Under the pieces are notes generated by a model. That model had not been told where the DNA came from and ran no database searches. It saw nothing but the letters and a program-made list of their open reading frames with translations. A stretch of DNA of 60,798 nucleotides, counting the filler, from Basidioascus undulatus (Eukaryota): the NCBI GenBank assembly GCA_000826855.1. It is 8 parts of 8 records of this genome, joined end to end, with 100 filler letters (N's around TTAATTAATTAA, not from the genome) between each part and the next. Parts side by side here need not be neighbours in the genome. Positions count along the whole stretch, not along the records: positions 30,597 to 56,117 come from JTLS01000212.1; 7 more parts are not named here. The stretch is one strand, 5' to 3'. Of the stretch, positions 38,326-51,839 are shown piece by piece. The number at the start of each line of letters is the position of its first letter. The stretch's first letter is position 1. Both the position numbers and the translations under genes were made by a program.

Positions 38326-39650
38326 TCGCTGCGAGGTGGTGGGCAGGGGCATGAGGGTGGGAGGCGAGGGATGGAGGAGATAGGCGGAGATACCCTCGGT
38401 GGGGGATACGCACGCTCTGCGGTTCCACCGCGAGCGGGCACTGTGATTGTAGCGTGTACGTCTCGCGATTTCATGTCTTGAGAATAGAGGCGTAGTGTGG
38501 CTTGTGAGAGTGCGGGCGAGGAGGATTCACAGTCGGTTGGGCTGATGGGGAGGTTGTGCGAGCTGGACTTAGGAGTTTTGCTGGTGGAATGGTCTTAATC
38601 CGGGATGTTCTCGTGAATCCATGCTCTTCGTATGGGACTGCATCGTTGGGTGACGAGGGACACCTCTCGGCCACTCGCATCGCCGTGATTGCAGGTCCAC
38701 TGCGGCCAGCTTGCAGCGCGGTTGCGTATGCTGTTTCCCCCGTCGCCTTACAAGTCAACAGGCAGCTTTATAAACACCTTATCAACCTGGGTGAGGAGTA
38801 GATTTCGGGCACTTGGCTCATGCATCGACATCCTCCGGCAGTCATGACTTCGACTTCGCAGCGTAAATGACTCTCAATCGAGATCAGAATGAACCTTCGC
38901 TGGGGAAGTATTCTGGAGAAACTGGAAGGGGAATGGGGTATCACGATCTTTATCGAAACGCGATCAGCCGGGGATAAGCTGGACGACGTGTGTTCATGGA
39001 CAGGCTGCCGAAAAGAACTCATCGCTTCTGGCCGATGTGCCAGTGGGGTTTGTCTTTCTGTCCAGCGGCTCACCCAAGCCTGCAACTGACTTCATTCTGC
39101 TTAACGAGTAGAAGTCGGAGATGGTCATGAGATTGCGTCGCAGTTGTAAAGGGTTCTTGGTTTTACTTCCTGGACACGACAGGGGTTTTGGCTGCTCCGC
39201 GATGACTTGCCAGCCATTTGTTCACTTTCCGACGACCTGTCCTTCTCCCTCAGTTTACAAAGAGTGAACCGCTGACTATTTCAATCAGCCAAGCTTGCCG
39301 TCGAACTACAGAAAGTCCAGAGTTTTCTCCAGTTCGGCTTTGGTCAAGACTTGACACTCTCACTTTCATGTGCCGGAAATTCAGGTGTTTCCTTCCGGTT
39401 GAGGGTGCTCTGGGATCACACAGCGGCATGACCGAGATACCGCTCCACAACTCTTCCGAAAGTTTGTCAATCGTTGCGCAACACGGAGTTAGGCCCTCTC
39501 TAACTGAACATCATGCCCCTAAGTCCGCACGCATATCTATTCGGACAAGGTCGACCCACTCATTTCGATCGCAGTCACCGCCGGCCTGGAATGGCGCACG
39601 GAGCTTCCGTTGCCTGGCTATCGGCCCCTCCCGAGTGTTCTGCGGGTATC

Positions 39651-40616
39651 ATGGACCCGTCCACGGCGGCTGACGGACTATGCACCGACGGCGTATTCAA
39701 CGGGGTCGCGGTTGTGCGTCACTGCTCGGAGCTCTCGCTTACAGCGCTGGCCTTGCCGCCTTCGGCCGACGTCTCCCTCGCGTCCGTCCATGACAAGCTC
39801 ATGTACCTGATGAGGAATAAGGTCGGCAGCGTGCACTTCGATGGATGGTGCCCCAGGACGATAAGGGGGCGTTTAGGGGGATCTGGCTAGCGAGGGAACT
39901 GTATCCTCTGCCGAGCAGCTCAAGCATGAGTACGAAGCCGGTCGTGCGAGAGCTCTCTCCAATGCCACACTCTCCATCAACACCTATCAATTCTCTGACA
40001 CATACGGTACACTCTTGGTCGACAAGCTCAACCGTTGATCACGCTCCCCACGGATCTGTTCGACCGCCACCTCGTCTTCAGCGACGGTCTTGAAGCTGAC
40101 ACTTCATATAAACCGCCGGGCGGATCATGCCTTTCCAAGAACTATTCATCTCCTGCGTATTCGGTCAGCCTCGTACCGTCTCGATCATGTACGACCGCAA
40201 CACGTACGCAACCCTGCGTCCGCTCAACAGTCTCATCCGCCTCCTCTTCCGCTCGTATCGGCTGCGCGAGCCCGACTTGAGCCGCATCGCGATTCTGAAT
40301 CGTCGCGACTGGGTCGTGGAACTCGAATCGGAGGGATGCAACTGCTCGACGCCTCTGCGGTGTTTTCGGAAAACACTGAAGGACGCTCCGTACAACATCC
40401 GACCTCTCGCCGAGTTTGACACTTGGTGCGAGGTGTGTGGTGCTGAGACTTATCTGACGTGCCAGCGGTGCAGAGTTGCCACTTACTGCTTAATGGAGCA
40501 CCAGCGTTCTGAGTGGCCCTCGCACAAGGCGGTGAGTACCAGTTATTCCTCCTTACGCAATCGGTGAGTGTCTGACGCCTGCCGTATTCTAGTGGTGCAA
40601 GTGTCACCAGCTCTGA
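39651..40616 (+). CDS. MYND-type zinc-finger protein (possibly frameshifted in the 5' part)
   Basis: CEVCGAETYLTCQRCRVATYCLMEHQRSEWPSHKA|WCK. The upstream exons show a likely frame break near 39842. Confidence 0.7.
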
Positions 40617-41171
40617 AAATAATAGCAATTTTTTCCCTCCAGACGTTGAAGGGTGTTGGAGGAGGTTTCTCGGAAAGAGCAAGGCGGCGTAAAGGATGTT
40701 TCGATATCTTGGAATGGTTGTGGGCTCTTTCTTGCAGGACGACTTGTGTACACTTCTTCCGCTGGGCGAGGCGTTTTGATGCTGATTAATTAAGACAAAC
40801 TCAATATTTATATGGTCAGATAGTAGTTGTTGCCAAAGGACGTTGCTAGGCGGTGAAGGAGAGCAGCCGCCAGCCGCCAGGAAAAACAGTGTCATCGGCA
40901 ACATGGATGAGCGGGTGACAGTGAGACTAACGAGATTTTGGCGAACTACTCTGCGCTCATACAAGTATGTTACGTCAACATAGTGCAAGGACTCAACCCG
41001 GTAGTAAATCAGCAGCAAAGGTAACGTATTTCAGACGACAGCAGCGGTGACGAGGCGCACGCTACAGCATGCCTTTTTGGTCTACGTTCGTATCTCTACC
41101 CTTTTGTTTTGTCTTCGGGGTGTCCGTTACCCAATTCAAAAATCAATGCACTAGAAAAAAATGCAAAAGAA

Positions 41172-41257
41172 TGGACATATCCGGAATTGAACCGGAGACC
41201 TCCTCCAAGCGCCTAACGATGCTAAGAAGGCGTGATAAGCCACTACACCATATGCCC
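41172..41257 (-). tRNA. tRNA-Ala(AGC) with 12-nt intron
   Basis: Exons identical to 11623-11708, intron TCGTTAGGCGCT, followed by T-runs (Pol III terminator) on the minus strand. Confidence 0.96.
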
Positions 41258-41418
41258 TGTGAACAGCAAAAAGATGCTATATAAAGGTTATGGTAAACTG
41301 ATCAAGAATTCCCGCGCGCCGTCTTCCTCTTTCGAGCGCCTCGCCTCACCTCACCCTTCACCCTTCACCCGCGTCCTACTCGCCTACTCTTTCCTCCCCT
41401 CCCTATTTCACCCCCACG

Positions 41419-41949
41419 ATGGCCCCATCCGCACGGGATATTACAAACTTGTCGAGGCGCATCCTGCGCGGAGTGGTGACCAAGGCGGGCAAGATGGACA
41501 AGACGGCGACGGTTTCTATCGAGCGGATCATTGAGCACCCCATCACGTACAAGGTCCGCACTTGCTTCCCCGCTCTATACACATCTACGGACGTAGCTGA
41601 ACCTGTGGGGAATCACAGCGCATTACCCGGCACACCAAGCTCCTCACCCACGACCCTACCAACGGTCACTCTCCCTCCGCTTCTCGTCCCCCTGCGCTGT
41701 TCGACTTATGCGCTACCCCCTCCCACAGTCCTCCAAGAAGGCCAACGAGTCCTCATCAAGGAGTGCCGTCCTCTCTCCCGCCACAAGCACCACATCCTGC
41801 ACCAGATCCAGACCATTCTCCCTGGCCAGGCGCACCCCACGTCGGAGGAGCTCAAGCTGCCGCCGGCTGGGCGGGAGGCGAAGCCGAAGCCGAAAGTGCA
41901 GCCGTTCAAGAGGGGGGAGCCGCGCGAGGAGGTGAAGGAGACCGCATGA
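41419..41949 (+). CDS. MRPS17: Mitochondrial ribosomal protein uS17m
   Basis: LRGVVTKAGKMDKTATVSIERIIEHPITYK|RITRHTKLLTHDPTN|VLQEGQRVLIKECRPLSRHKHHIL, the S17 signature. 2 introns. Confidence 0.93.
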   Translation: MAPSARDITNLSRRILRGVVTKAGKMDKTATVSIERIIEHPITYKVRTCFPALYTSTDVAEPVGNHSALPGTPSSSPTTLPTVTLPPLLVPLRCSTYALPPPTVLQEGQRVLIKECRPLSRHKHHILHQIQTILPGQAHPTSEELKLPPAGREAKPKPKVQPFKRGEPREEVKETA

Positions 41950-42069
41950 GGCGGAGGCAGATGCATACAATTATCGTGAGCTGCTGCGCGGTGCGAATGG
42001 TTTGGCGGTGTCGGGCGTCGCTCTGTCTGCATGTGAAAGCAAGCGATGGAACACGCAAGATGGTATCGA

Positions 42070-45000
42070 TCATTGCCCCTCGGCATCACCGAGCACCTTC
42101 CTCGCCAAATCCACAAACTCCTTCCGACCGTCCGCTCCGACCTCCCCACCGGTCTCCTGCTTCTCGAGCGCGTCCCGGACGAGCTGCAGCCGCTCGCTCT
42201 CGCTGTGCGTGTCGACCCAGCGCACGTACTCGGCCTCCGTCCAGCCGTGCAGCTCGTGCGGCAGCTTGAGCGGCGAGCGCACGAGGATGTGGTGCAGGAG
42301 GATAAGCGGCGGGAGGTTCTCGAGCTGTGTGTCGTCCGCGAGCGAGGGTGTCTCGACGAAGAGGAGAGGTCTGAGAAGCAAAGAATGGCTGCGTCAGTCG
42401 AGAAAGCTGGAATGAAAGAGAGTAAGACGAACCGGAACCCGCGCAATGCTCGGTACTCGTCGTCGACCATCTCGATCCTGAGTCGTTCGCGCCCCTTCTC
42501 ACACGGCGCAGACGAGACGAAGCTTCCGAGCGCGAACTCCAGCTCGGTCATATCGCTCGTGAGCTTGAGCTTGCCGCTCTCTCCGAGCGGGCGCGCTATA
42601 GAGGCATGGTGCACGAACAGCCGGAGGACATGCCTGGCGATCGCCAGCGTCCTGCATCCCCATTGTCAGAAAAGAGCCTTGCCCTTGAACGCTGCACAGA
42701 GAACACACCAGTCGCGGCTCAGCTCGCCGACGACGTAGTTGCTGAGCAGCTCGGACCGGATGAACGCGAGCTTGTCGACGAGGTCCTTCAAGTACGGGCT
42801 CGGCGCGCCCCCGACGCCTGCTCCGTCCGCGATGGGCTTGCCGAAGTCGGTCCGGTGCAGGCGCTGCAATATCGACCCAATCTCGCGCCGGATCCCTCCG
42901 AAAAGGGGTTCCGGCAAGCGGAGGTAGGAGGGTTTGATCGTCTGTAGTGCGCGGATGAGGTCAAGTTCGGGCGGGGGGACGAAACAGCGCGATAGAACAG
43001 GCAAGACGTACATTGCAAGCGTAGCGAATGGCAGACCGTACGGCCTCGGACGAGTAGTCCTCCTGCACCTTGTTGAGCTGCGCCCAAGCCGCGTAGAGCG
43101 TGTTGGTCAACGAAGCATTGATGCGCTGAGCCGGAGTAGACGTCGGGCCGAGCAACGTCGTCGCAGAATGGTCCGTAACGACCTGAAAGACACACTCGCG
43201 TCAGCATGCTCCTTAACATCGGTGAACTCATCTCGGCAACTCACCATGTTCTCCACGCGCTTCACAAACCCCTCGACGGCCTTGACCACGTTCTTGGCGA
43301 CGGTGCGCACAAGGAGAGGATCGAACCGCGCCGAGTCGAGCTCGTTCCCGACAGTCCGGGCAAACGCAACGCCCTCGTTTGCGCCGGGCGGATCCCGCGT
43401 GCCGCCCGACAGAGCGAACGAGGCCGCATCGTTCATGCGATTCGTTGAGCGCGTGAGGAAGCTCGTCTCGAAGGACGAGATGGAGCGGAGGACGAGGACC
43501 GTCTCGGGGCTGACATTCCGCATCCAGGTCAGGTCGTGATCTCGCGGGGAGACGTTGAAGAGGAACGCACCTCTGGTGCGTCTGTGTGTAGACAGTGTCC
43601 GTGTGCACGGCGATCTTGGAGAAGAAGTCGTGGAACAGGCGGAGGAGGCGAGGGTAGCCGGAAGAGAGGGATTGTTGGAGGAAGGGAGAAGCTGCCCATT
43701 CCGAAAGAATTAGCACAGCGTCGGTCTTCCTTGCAAGGGGCATTAGCATACCTTGAGCCGAGTCCCGCGTCTGCGTCTCGAGCGTGCCCGAAAGCGTCGT
43801 CCAGAACGTGTAGCTCGGCTCGTGCTCGAGAACCTGGAGATCCCATACCCTTCAGCCGGCGAGCTGAGATCAGGAAAGCGCGAGCTAGACGCACAGTCAT
43901 CGCTTCGTCCATGAATGGCTTTTGCGTGACAGGGTCCTTCTTGAGCTTGAGCACTTTCTCGAGCGTGTACACCTGCTCGCCTCGAGGGCGTCAACAAAAC
44001 GCTGTTGGATCCACCTGGATGTAAACGCACCTTGATACAACACGTAGCCATGTCCGCGACGAGTCTCTCGAGCCGAGCCCAAAGCACGCCGGCCCACTGT
44101 GGCGCGTTCGCGTTCGTGGGCTCGGTGCGCATGCGGCTGCGGTAGATGTAGCTCGAGGTGTTGGCAGGTTCTGCTCACATCGCGAGGCATGTCAACCGCT
44201 GTGAGAGAGACTGAAAGAGGAGAACTGACCCTTCGCTCCGGCTTCCTTCGCTATGCTCGTGATGTTCAGAGCTTCGCGTATCCGCTGCTCCACAGCGTCC
44301 GTCAAGTCGTCCAGCAATGAGCGCACGACGTCCGGCAGGACGTGGAGGTTGTACGCTGTTTGCAGTGCCGAGGCAAGGAGAGTTTGATTCTGTCGAACAA
44401 GATGCATATCAGAAAACTTCGATCTTGGACAAAGGGAAGGCGGCGAGATTGCGATCAGGACCCACGGAGTGCTCCAACCCCTCGCCAATCATGCTGTCCA
44501 TCTCCTCCTGGACGCGCGAACGGGCTGTCGAGATGGCCGGCAACTGGGCGGAGATGACGTGAACTTCCCGCAGGTCGACGGGCGGGTCCTCCGCATCTGA
44601 CTCGCCAGACGGAGCCAGGAGAGTTTCTGAATTTCCCCACCCAGTTCAGTCCAACTCCCCCCCTGCATAGTTTCGCAGTGATATGCTTACCGAGTTCCGC
44701 GATACTGAGAGCCGCCTTGGCCAGCGCCCTCTCCTTCTCGCCTTCCTCCTCGCCCTTCGCACCCGGCAGCCCTCGCCGCTTAGGTGCGCTCGGCTCCGCC
44801 GGAAGACCCACGCCCAGACCCACGCCCTCCGCCAACCCCGACCCGTCCAACCTGCACCGCTCAACCTCCTGCATCTGCACCTCGAGTCGGCGCGCGACGA
44901 GGACGAAGCGCGCGGTGCGCCGGAGGAGGTCGGACGCGCACTGGAGCGACTCGAGGCGTGCGACGTGCGTCGAAAGGGTGGTGTAGGGGGCGCGGACTTT

Positions 45001-45548
45001 GGATCGAAGCCTGAGGTGGTCTGGTATTTAGAGGAAGAGAGAGGGAAGGAGACATCGGAAGGGCATACTTGTCGACTGAGGACGAGACCTCGTCCAGCCC
45101 GTGCCGAACGGATGCGAGCGAGCCCGAGAGCTGCGAGACGTTCGCAGCGCGAGTCAAGAGCGCTTCATGGTGGGTCGTAATCTATGCAATGATTTCCAGG
45201 CGTTCAGCACCCCCACCTCTCACGCCATGGGGACACAGCAACTCACTGTCTCTCTCAGCTGCTTGCCCACGTCCTCCATGCCTGCCTGCAGCCTCGCCAG
45301 CGCCACGCCCACATCGCCCTTATCCGCAGCGGCTACCCGCGTATCCACTGCAGGGTCCTTCGTCCGCTCCGGGTTGTAGACCTCCCCGGCTAGGGCGGCG
45401 TTGCAGTATCTGCAGCGGAAGATAAGTTGTGAGCTGGGCGCCTTCCAGACACGGAGCTGGCATGATGGACGTGCTCATTGACATCGAACGATGGAGCTAG
45501 GAAGACTGAATAGTCGAGTGGTGGATGTGTGGAGGAGATTGCCGCCAT
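42070..45548 (-). CDS. COG5: Conserved oligomeric Golgi complex subunit 5
   Basis: DYSVFLAPSFDVNE..ANAALAGE..ALARLQAGMEDV..HHEALL..ASDLLRRTARFVLVARRLE..LQTAYNL..GYPRLLRLFHDFFSKI..LKLTSDMTELEFAL..LPHELHGW..YVRWVD. Multi-exon. Confidence 0.92.
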
Positions 45549-47157
45549 GGATCCCCCGAGATGGAATGCGCACAGCGGGAGCGTGTGGATGAGTGTGAGC
45601 GGGCAAGTGTTCGGACGCGCCGACGTCGCGGCTCGGACAGCGCGCAATCAGGTGGAAGTCAACTGCTGGAGCAGCAGCTCGGCTCTTGGGTTCAAGTAGG
45701 TTTCTCGGGCATACAAAGAATGCCGAAATCACACTTCGAGGACCGTTCTTGGACTAAGTGAGTGGATACAGCCCAGAAGACCTTGGCAGCCTTCTCTTTG
45801 GCAATTCCAACTGTTTAGCGTTCACGTGACCAAAGCAATCATGAGGGCCGGCTCGCCCTGGTCTGCCATGCCCCCTTCAAAAGCTGATCGTCTTCTTCTT
45901 CCTTTACTTCCATCTTCATTCCCAATCTCCATCTTCACTTCTCATGTTCACCACTCATCAACTCGTGAGTCTCCGTTTCTTTTATTGGAGGTGGTACGGG
46001 CGGATGGGACGGCGTATACCGGTCCCCCGCCATCCTCCTTCCTCCCCACTGCACGCAGCGCGCCTTCAGCGCCATGGCCCTGATGATTGGAGTGCATTTG
46101 GCTTTATGTGTGTCCCGCTCTCCGTCTAGGGGAGCGGGTACCATGCAGTAAACTTCCAGCTACCTAACTTTTCTACCACTGAGCCGTTTACGGTCGCCGA
46201 GGCGTTGCTGCGTGCGGGATGAGAGGAGTTGTGGATCCACCACTTGTCTTTGTGAGCTGCTCGCTGACTTAACTTTCTCCGCAATAGATTTTAAATCCTC
46301 ACCCATGCCTCTGTTCCTGTTGTACTCCATCTTCATTCATACATTTTATGCCCCTCGACTTGGTGTGTGTTTCGCGTGCTGCCAAAATCCGAACCACCCA
46401 AATCCTTTCCCCTGCCACTCTCAGGCCCGTCCGCCCTGTGAAGACAGTCTGGCCAACCAAGGCAGTCGTTGTCGGGCGGGTCTTGTGGGATGCGAAAGCT
46501 GCGAGCATATCTGCGGCCTGTACCTCTCCATCGGAAAGGTCGCTGTGTGGACTGGTTTATGGATGTGGTCCGCCAAGGGTCGGCAAATATTCGCATCTCG
46601 TTGACTTGCGTTGACAAACGCGTTGCAGAAATCACTCGCTGAAGAGCATGTTTGAGTGTTTAAACCCAAAGTCAAACAGGTAATGAACAGAACATACACG
46701 GAGCCAGGCAGTCAGTGAGGCGCACTTCACAGGCACTGGATCATCCGCCGACACATAGACTGACTGCTGCTGCTTTATCGCTATAGTGCCTTCCATCGGG
46801 TTCATACCAGCTTTCAGTTAATGAGAAATGGCGCTCGAGAAGGGAAACGCCGATGCAAGGCAAGCATACTTGGGTCGACATGCAAGGTCGCATGAGTGAG
46901 GTCCTGCCACTGCGCCGTGAGGTGTGTTCCGCCGTCTTCCGCCTCCTTGAAGGTTTTGCATGTATTTTGATAGATTTCAAGATTTTCGGAAGGCCCTCAC
47001 ACTCGCACGCCTTCACACCAATATTGCTGGTAAGCAAAGTCGGCGTTTCCACGTGATTCTGTCCTGCAGACCGCCAGAGAAGAGCGGACGCGCCGTGAAC
47101 GCGTCTTCGGGCCTCACCCTCATCCCCCGCTCGTTCATTACACTTTGCCCACTCACC

Positions 47158-48582
47158 ATGCGGGTTCGTCGACCAAACGCGCTAGTTACTCTGCCGCTTA
47201 CCAGGGCCTACGCGCAGTTTCGATGCAACGTAACGAACGTGGCGACGTTCATGCGCCTCGTCCAGGCGATGGACCGTGTGTTCAAGACATGCACAGTTGT
47301 CCTGGAAAAGGACAAGATGAGGCTTATCCACAGGAACGAGAGCGAGGGAGGGGTGCAGGTCTGGTCGTGAGTCCTAACCCCTCTATTTCCTGTTGGACTG
47401 GCGGTGGGCGAACTGACGCGCACCTCCTCGCAGACAAGTGGACGTCGTGCGTCTGATGAAGAGGCGTCGAGGCTTCCTGGGATCTATCGGTTGATTTGGG
47501 GATCATTCGTGGGGGCAGGACTCGATCTTTGACGATTACCGCATCGAGAGCAACTCGGACAACAAGATCCACCTCGAAGCGTCCACCGAGTCGCTCCTCC
47601 GCGCGCTCCGCTCCGCCTCGGACAGCGACGAGGTCCTCGTCCGCCTCGTCAAGAAGGGGAAGGTTCCGATGCTCGCCTTTCACATATCCAGTCTCGTGCG
47701 CCCCATACCACCTAACGCTCCTTTCTCCGGGACGCCCACTCACGCGTCCTAGCCAACAGAGCCGCCAGGGCAACAAGATGCGCATCTCGCAGGAGGTCCC
47801 CATCCGGCTTCTCAAACCCGTCGACGTCGCAGCCCTCACTGAGCCCATGTGTCCCGAGCCTGATGTCCGTCGTCGTGCATGATCTTCCCGCACTCCTCTC
47901 TCCTCTGACGGTGCTCGACCATACCCGGATCAGGTCCACATCGTCCTCCCGCGCCTAGCTGCGATCCGGACGGTCGTCGACCGGCTCCGATCACTCGGCA
48001 ACATCCTCCAAGTGTCGGCGTCCGCGGAGGGCGAGCTGCGCATCGGGCTGGCGTCGGACGAGGTCAAGGTGGAAACGGGATGGAAGGGGCTGAAGCAGCC
48101 GGAGATGGGTGCGTGTCCGAAGAAGGCACAGACACGGTTGGTATGTGTTGATTTGGATGGACTGACGCCGGGACAGAAATCCCTGTGGAGGGGCCGGCGA
48201 GGGGAGTGATGCATTCGGTGCATGTCCAAGTCAAGAGCTTGACGAAGTTCTTGAGCACGCACGCTATCGCGACCACCACCGTCGCTTGTGCGTCTTCTCC
48301 CTGCGGTGTACAGCCGGTGCTGTGGGCTGACCTTGTGCTGGCACGGGCAACAGGCATATGTGCGAATCACTGCCTGATTCTCTACGTGGGTCTCCTGGCT
48401 GTGCTTATGTTTCGCGGCGTGCTGACCGGATGCTGCTCAGGTCTACATCGGCAGCGCCGAGCACACAGGCGGAGTGGTGCGTGCACGGTGCGGATTGGGC
48501 TTCTTTTCTGAGCCGGACTGACCTTTAACCACTCGCATAGTTAACATTCTTCATTCCCGCGCACGTCTTAGACGAGGATTGA
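47158..48582 (+). CDS. HUS1: Checkpoint clamp (9-1-1) subunit Hus1
   Basis: MR|FRCNV..GGVQVWS|Q..IFDDYRIESNSDNKIHLE..LLRALRSA..ISQEVPIRLL..EPMCPEPD|VHIVLP..ICANHCLILY|VYIG..LTFFIPA. Confidence 0.95.
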
Positions 48583-48715
48583 GTCGCTCCTATCGACCGA
48601 GCCCGTTCACTTCGGACTCCTTGCACCCGGACCTGTACCTGTATTGTACTCGCATGATATCCTTTGATACGCTCAAGATAGGCGGTGACAGCGAGGCGCA
48701 CAATGAAGATGTGCA

Positions 48716-49849
48716 TCAGACCTCCAGAAACCCGTCGTCTTCCTCTAGCAAGTCGTCCATGAAGCGCACGAACTCTGCCGCGGGAAAGCCGACCACGTTG
48801 TTGTAGTCGCCCTCCATACCGCGTATCAAAAGGCTGCCGTAACCCTATGTGAATGCATTAGTCGTGTCCGAACAGGCAGGGAGGGAAAGATAGGCTTGCC
48901 AGAACGACTCACCTGAATAGAGAACCCTCCGGCGCGATCCAACCCTTCCCCGGAGTCCACGTACGCCTTGAGCGTAGACAGCTCATTGTCAAAGAAGTGC
49001 ACGAGCGTCTTGCTCGCGAACGACTTGGTTGCATAGCCCGGAGCGGTGATAATGGGATATACTGCGCGTCGACCGTGCCCGTCAGCCTGCCACCTTGGGC
49101 CGCAGGCGAGGAAGGACCGAACAGCGACTCACCCAAGACAACAGCCGTTACCACCTCCACCGCCCGCCCATTGTAGTCCATCAGCATGCGCATCTGGTCC
49201 TCTGCATCGACCGGCTTCTCGAGGATCGCGGACGAGTCGGGCGTGTCGGTCTCGCCCGCGGCGCCTTTGGTGAGTGAGCCGGCGTCGGGGAGGATCACAA
49301 CGGTGTCGGCTGGGTGAGCGGGACAGTAAGCGACAGGAGTAGCTGATGTACGTGTGTATTTGGGAGTGGACCAGATATGACGAGATCGGGCGAGTCCGCC
49401 TCATTCTCCGTCTTGAGGTGGCAGGGAAATCAGTCGGTGCCGATGGAGTAAGGGGTAGAGAAAGGAGATAGACGCACAAGAAGCCGCTCGTAGACCTCCC
49501 GTGCCTTCTCCGAAGCGGTCGCTAGAGGGTACGCATAAGTGTTGTCGATGAAGTCGTCCTTTGGGAGATCCTCCGCGAAGGTGCTGGGGACGATCTCCGG
49601 ATTCAAGCCCTGCCGCCGCACCGCTCCTCAATCAGACCTCGGCTTTGCCTATACAGACCATAATCAAAATATGTGCACAATGGTCTGCAAGATCTCTTTG
49701 CGGCGCGGGGAGGAAGAAGCGAGGATGACCCGCTTGTTGGCAAGCTTGTTCAAGGCGGGTATGGCGAGCGCGTCGGGCGCCACGGCGGAGGGTCGGGACG
49801 GCACGAGTTCGTGCGTTTGTTGAGAGGAGGAAAATAGGCCGAATACCAT
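48716..49849 (-). CDS. Maf-like nucleoside triphosphate pyrophosphatase
   Basis: RVILASSSPRRKEIL, PSTFAEDLPK, ADTVV, ILEKP, YVDSGEGLDRAGGFSIQ|GYGSLLIRGMEGDYNNVVGFP. 5 introns. Confidence 0.94.
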
Positions 49850-50215
49850 GCTGAATTGGTTCAGAATACGATAAAGCGGACGGGAAGAGGATCGCTGATG
49901 GGAGGCAGTGCGAAAGGGGTAGCAACCCAGCAGTTGAGGGCGGACTGCGGGGTGAAGGGGCACGCGATAAGCGAGTTCGCTACAATTCATAAAAGTGGCC
50001 AAGAACGAACACCTCGCGAACTAGTTCCGCCCTTTGTTCGTGATTCCCAGCGCATTGTCTAATTGGCGGTTTGCTTTCTCCCTGGTGAAGTACATGCCAT
50101 TCCTAATATTGGACCATGTTGTGTGTTGGTGTGCAGGTTTGTATCCGTGAGGCACGATACCGAGTCCTCTTTCTGAGGGGTGCGTTTCTTCTCTTCCTGC
50201 CACCAACCACCAAAG

Positions 50216-50640
50216 CAGTTTGGAACTACCGTCCTTCTGTCTAACGATGGGGTCATCTTTCACGTACAGCCGGATCTCTTACGCTGCAACTCGGTCGCCT
50301 TCCGCGATATGCTGTCGATGCACCAGCGCGACGGCGAGGCCAATCAGCCCATCGAGATGAGCGAGGCGGCAGAGGAGCTCGAGAGACTTCTAGACATCTT
50401 CGACCCCGACAATGTCGATAGCGCGCTCGACATCGACATCGACGGCTGTCTTGGCCTCCTCCGCCTGGTCGACAAGTACCAAGCCTGCACAGCCGCAATG
50501 CACCTCACCCAGCGCCTCCTGGTCCTTATCTCAGCGGAGAGCTCAAGGGCCGCTGTATACAGCGCCATCGCACCTGGGGCTTCGAGAGAGCATCCGCCGT
50601 CGCGTTGGGATTGACGGCGCAGCAGCCACTCCGTGACATC
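50216..50640 (+). pseudogene. BTB/POZ-domain protein, truncated or frameshifted
   Basis: TVLLSNDGVIFHVQPDLLRCNSVAFRDMLSM..PIEMSEAAEELERLLDIF..LLRLVDKYQ. The frame breaks near 50570 and no clean start is seen. Confidence 0.65.
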
Positions 50641-51839
50641 TCGGATGAGGATGTGGATTGAATGGGGGCGACGGCCTTTGGGGTGCTAGTAAAGGCACAT
50701 CTGGAAGCTCTGCACCAGAAAATTCACCTCAGGCAGGGCACAAACTGTTTTTCCCAAGCTGTTGCAATGTAAGACCTGCCTCCTCATTGGCTGCAGAGCG
50801 CCGGGAGTTGACTGTTTATCGTAGGGTCTGATTGGGCGAGAACCTGTCATGGTCGAAATGTAGGGCGTCGGGAAGCTCTTTGATTGATGAAACGGAACCG
50901 CTCTCCCATCGTTAGCCAACTGTGACGGTTTCGTGCCTGTGTCTGCTGTGAACGTTGCACACAATGCAAGTGCTGGGTGCATAACTGATACGACGAGGCA
51001 GGCTTCCAATAGGTGATGATTGCCAAGTGCCTTTTTATTGCCGCTAACCCGATTACTTTAACCGTACACTCTTAAGACTGACTCCTCACAAAGCGCCGAA
51101 ACGGAGGAGGCTGTGAGCGGAAGCGTCTTGGAAGAGCGTGCTGCACGCTGAAGGTGCTGAATACCTCCGCTCAAAAGTAGGTTGAGAGACTTACTCTAAA
51201 GACTTGGAAAAAGCTCATATAAATTCTTAAGGCCAAGCTACGACAGTAAGAAAGCGAATGCAGCACGACAGCGCATATGCGGCGCACCCAGCTTTCAGTG
51301 TGTCCGGCGCGGCGCCGGCTCCCCCTTTTCTTCCCACTGTCGACACGTTTCGAGATGCCAAGTTCAAGTTCGCTCGCCTGCCGAGCTTTCGCTTCATTTA
51401 TATCGATGTGCCGACATTTGTCCTTTGTTTCGATCATTGTCATGAGAGGCCACACTCACCCACGACCCAAATTCGAAGGCGTGGCTAAAACGGTGCACCG
51501 CTTGATGCTGCAGCACCGGTCTTCGTCTTGACGACAGCCGCTCTCGCTACGGTCGGCGCGACCGCTCGCCAGGAGCATCCCTTTCGAAGCCCGTTCCTTC
51601 GATCCTTACCGTATTCCCCTCACCCGTTCCACTCATCCTCTTCTCGTTCGGTACGGGTCGCTTCATCGAGTTGATCGAGACTGGTTCTCCTTCAGCTTGT
51701 CCTCACCCTCTTCGGTGCATTCTCGAAAACAACGCTTCTTCACGGCCTACAACGAGGCTGATGTGCAGCTTCCCCCAGGCCTCCTCCCTCGTTCCTCCCT
51801 CTGTCTTCACGCCGCTGGACGGCTTCTTCAACCTCTGTC

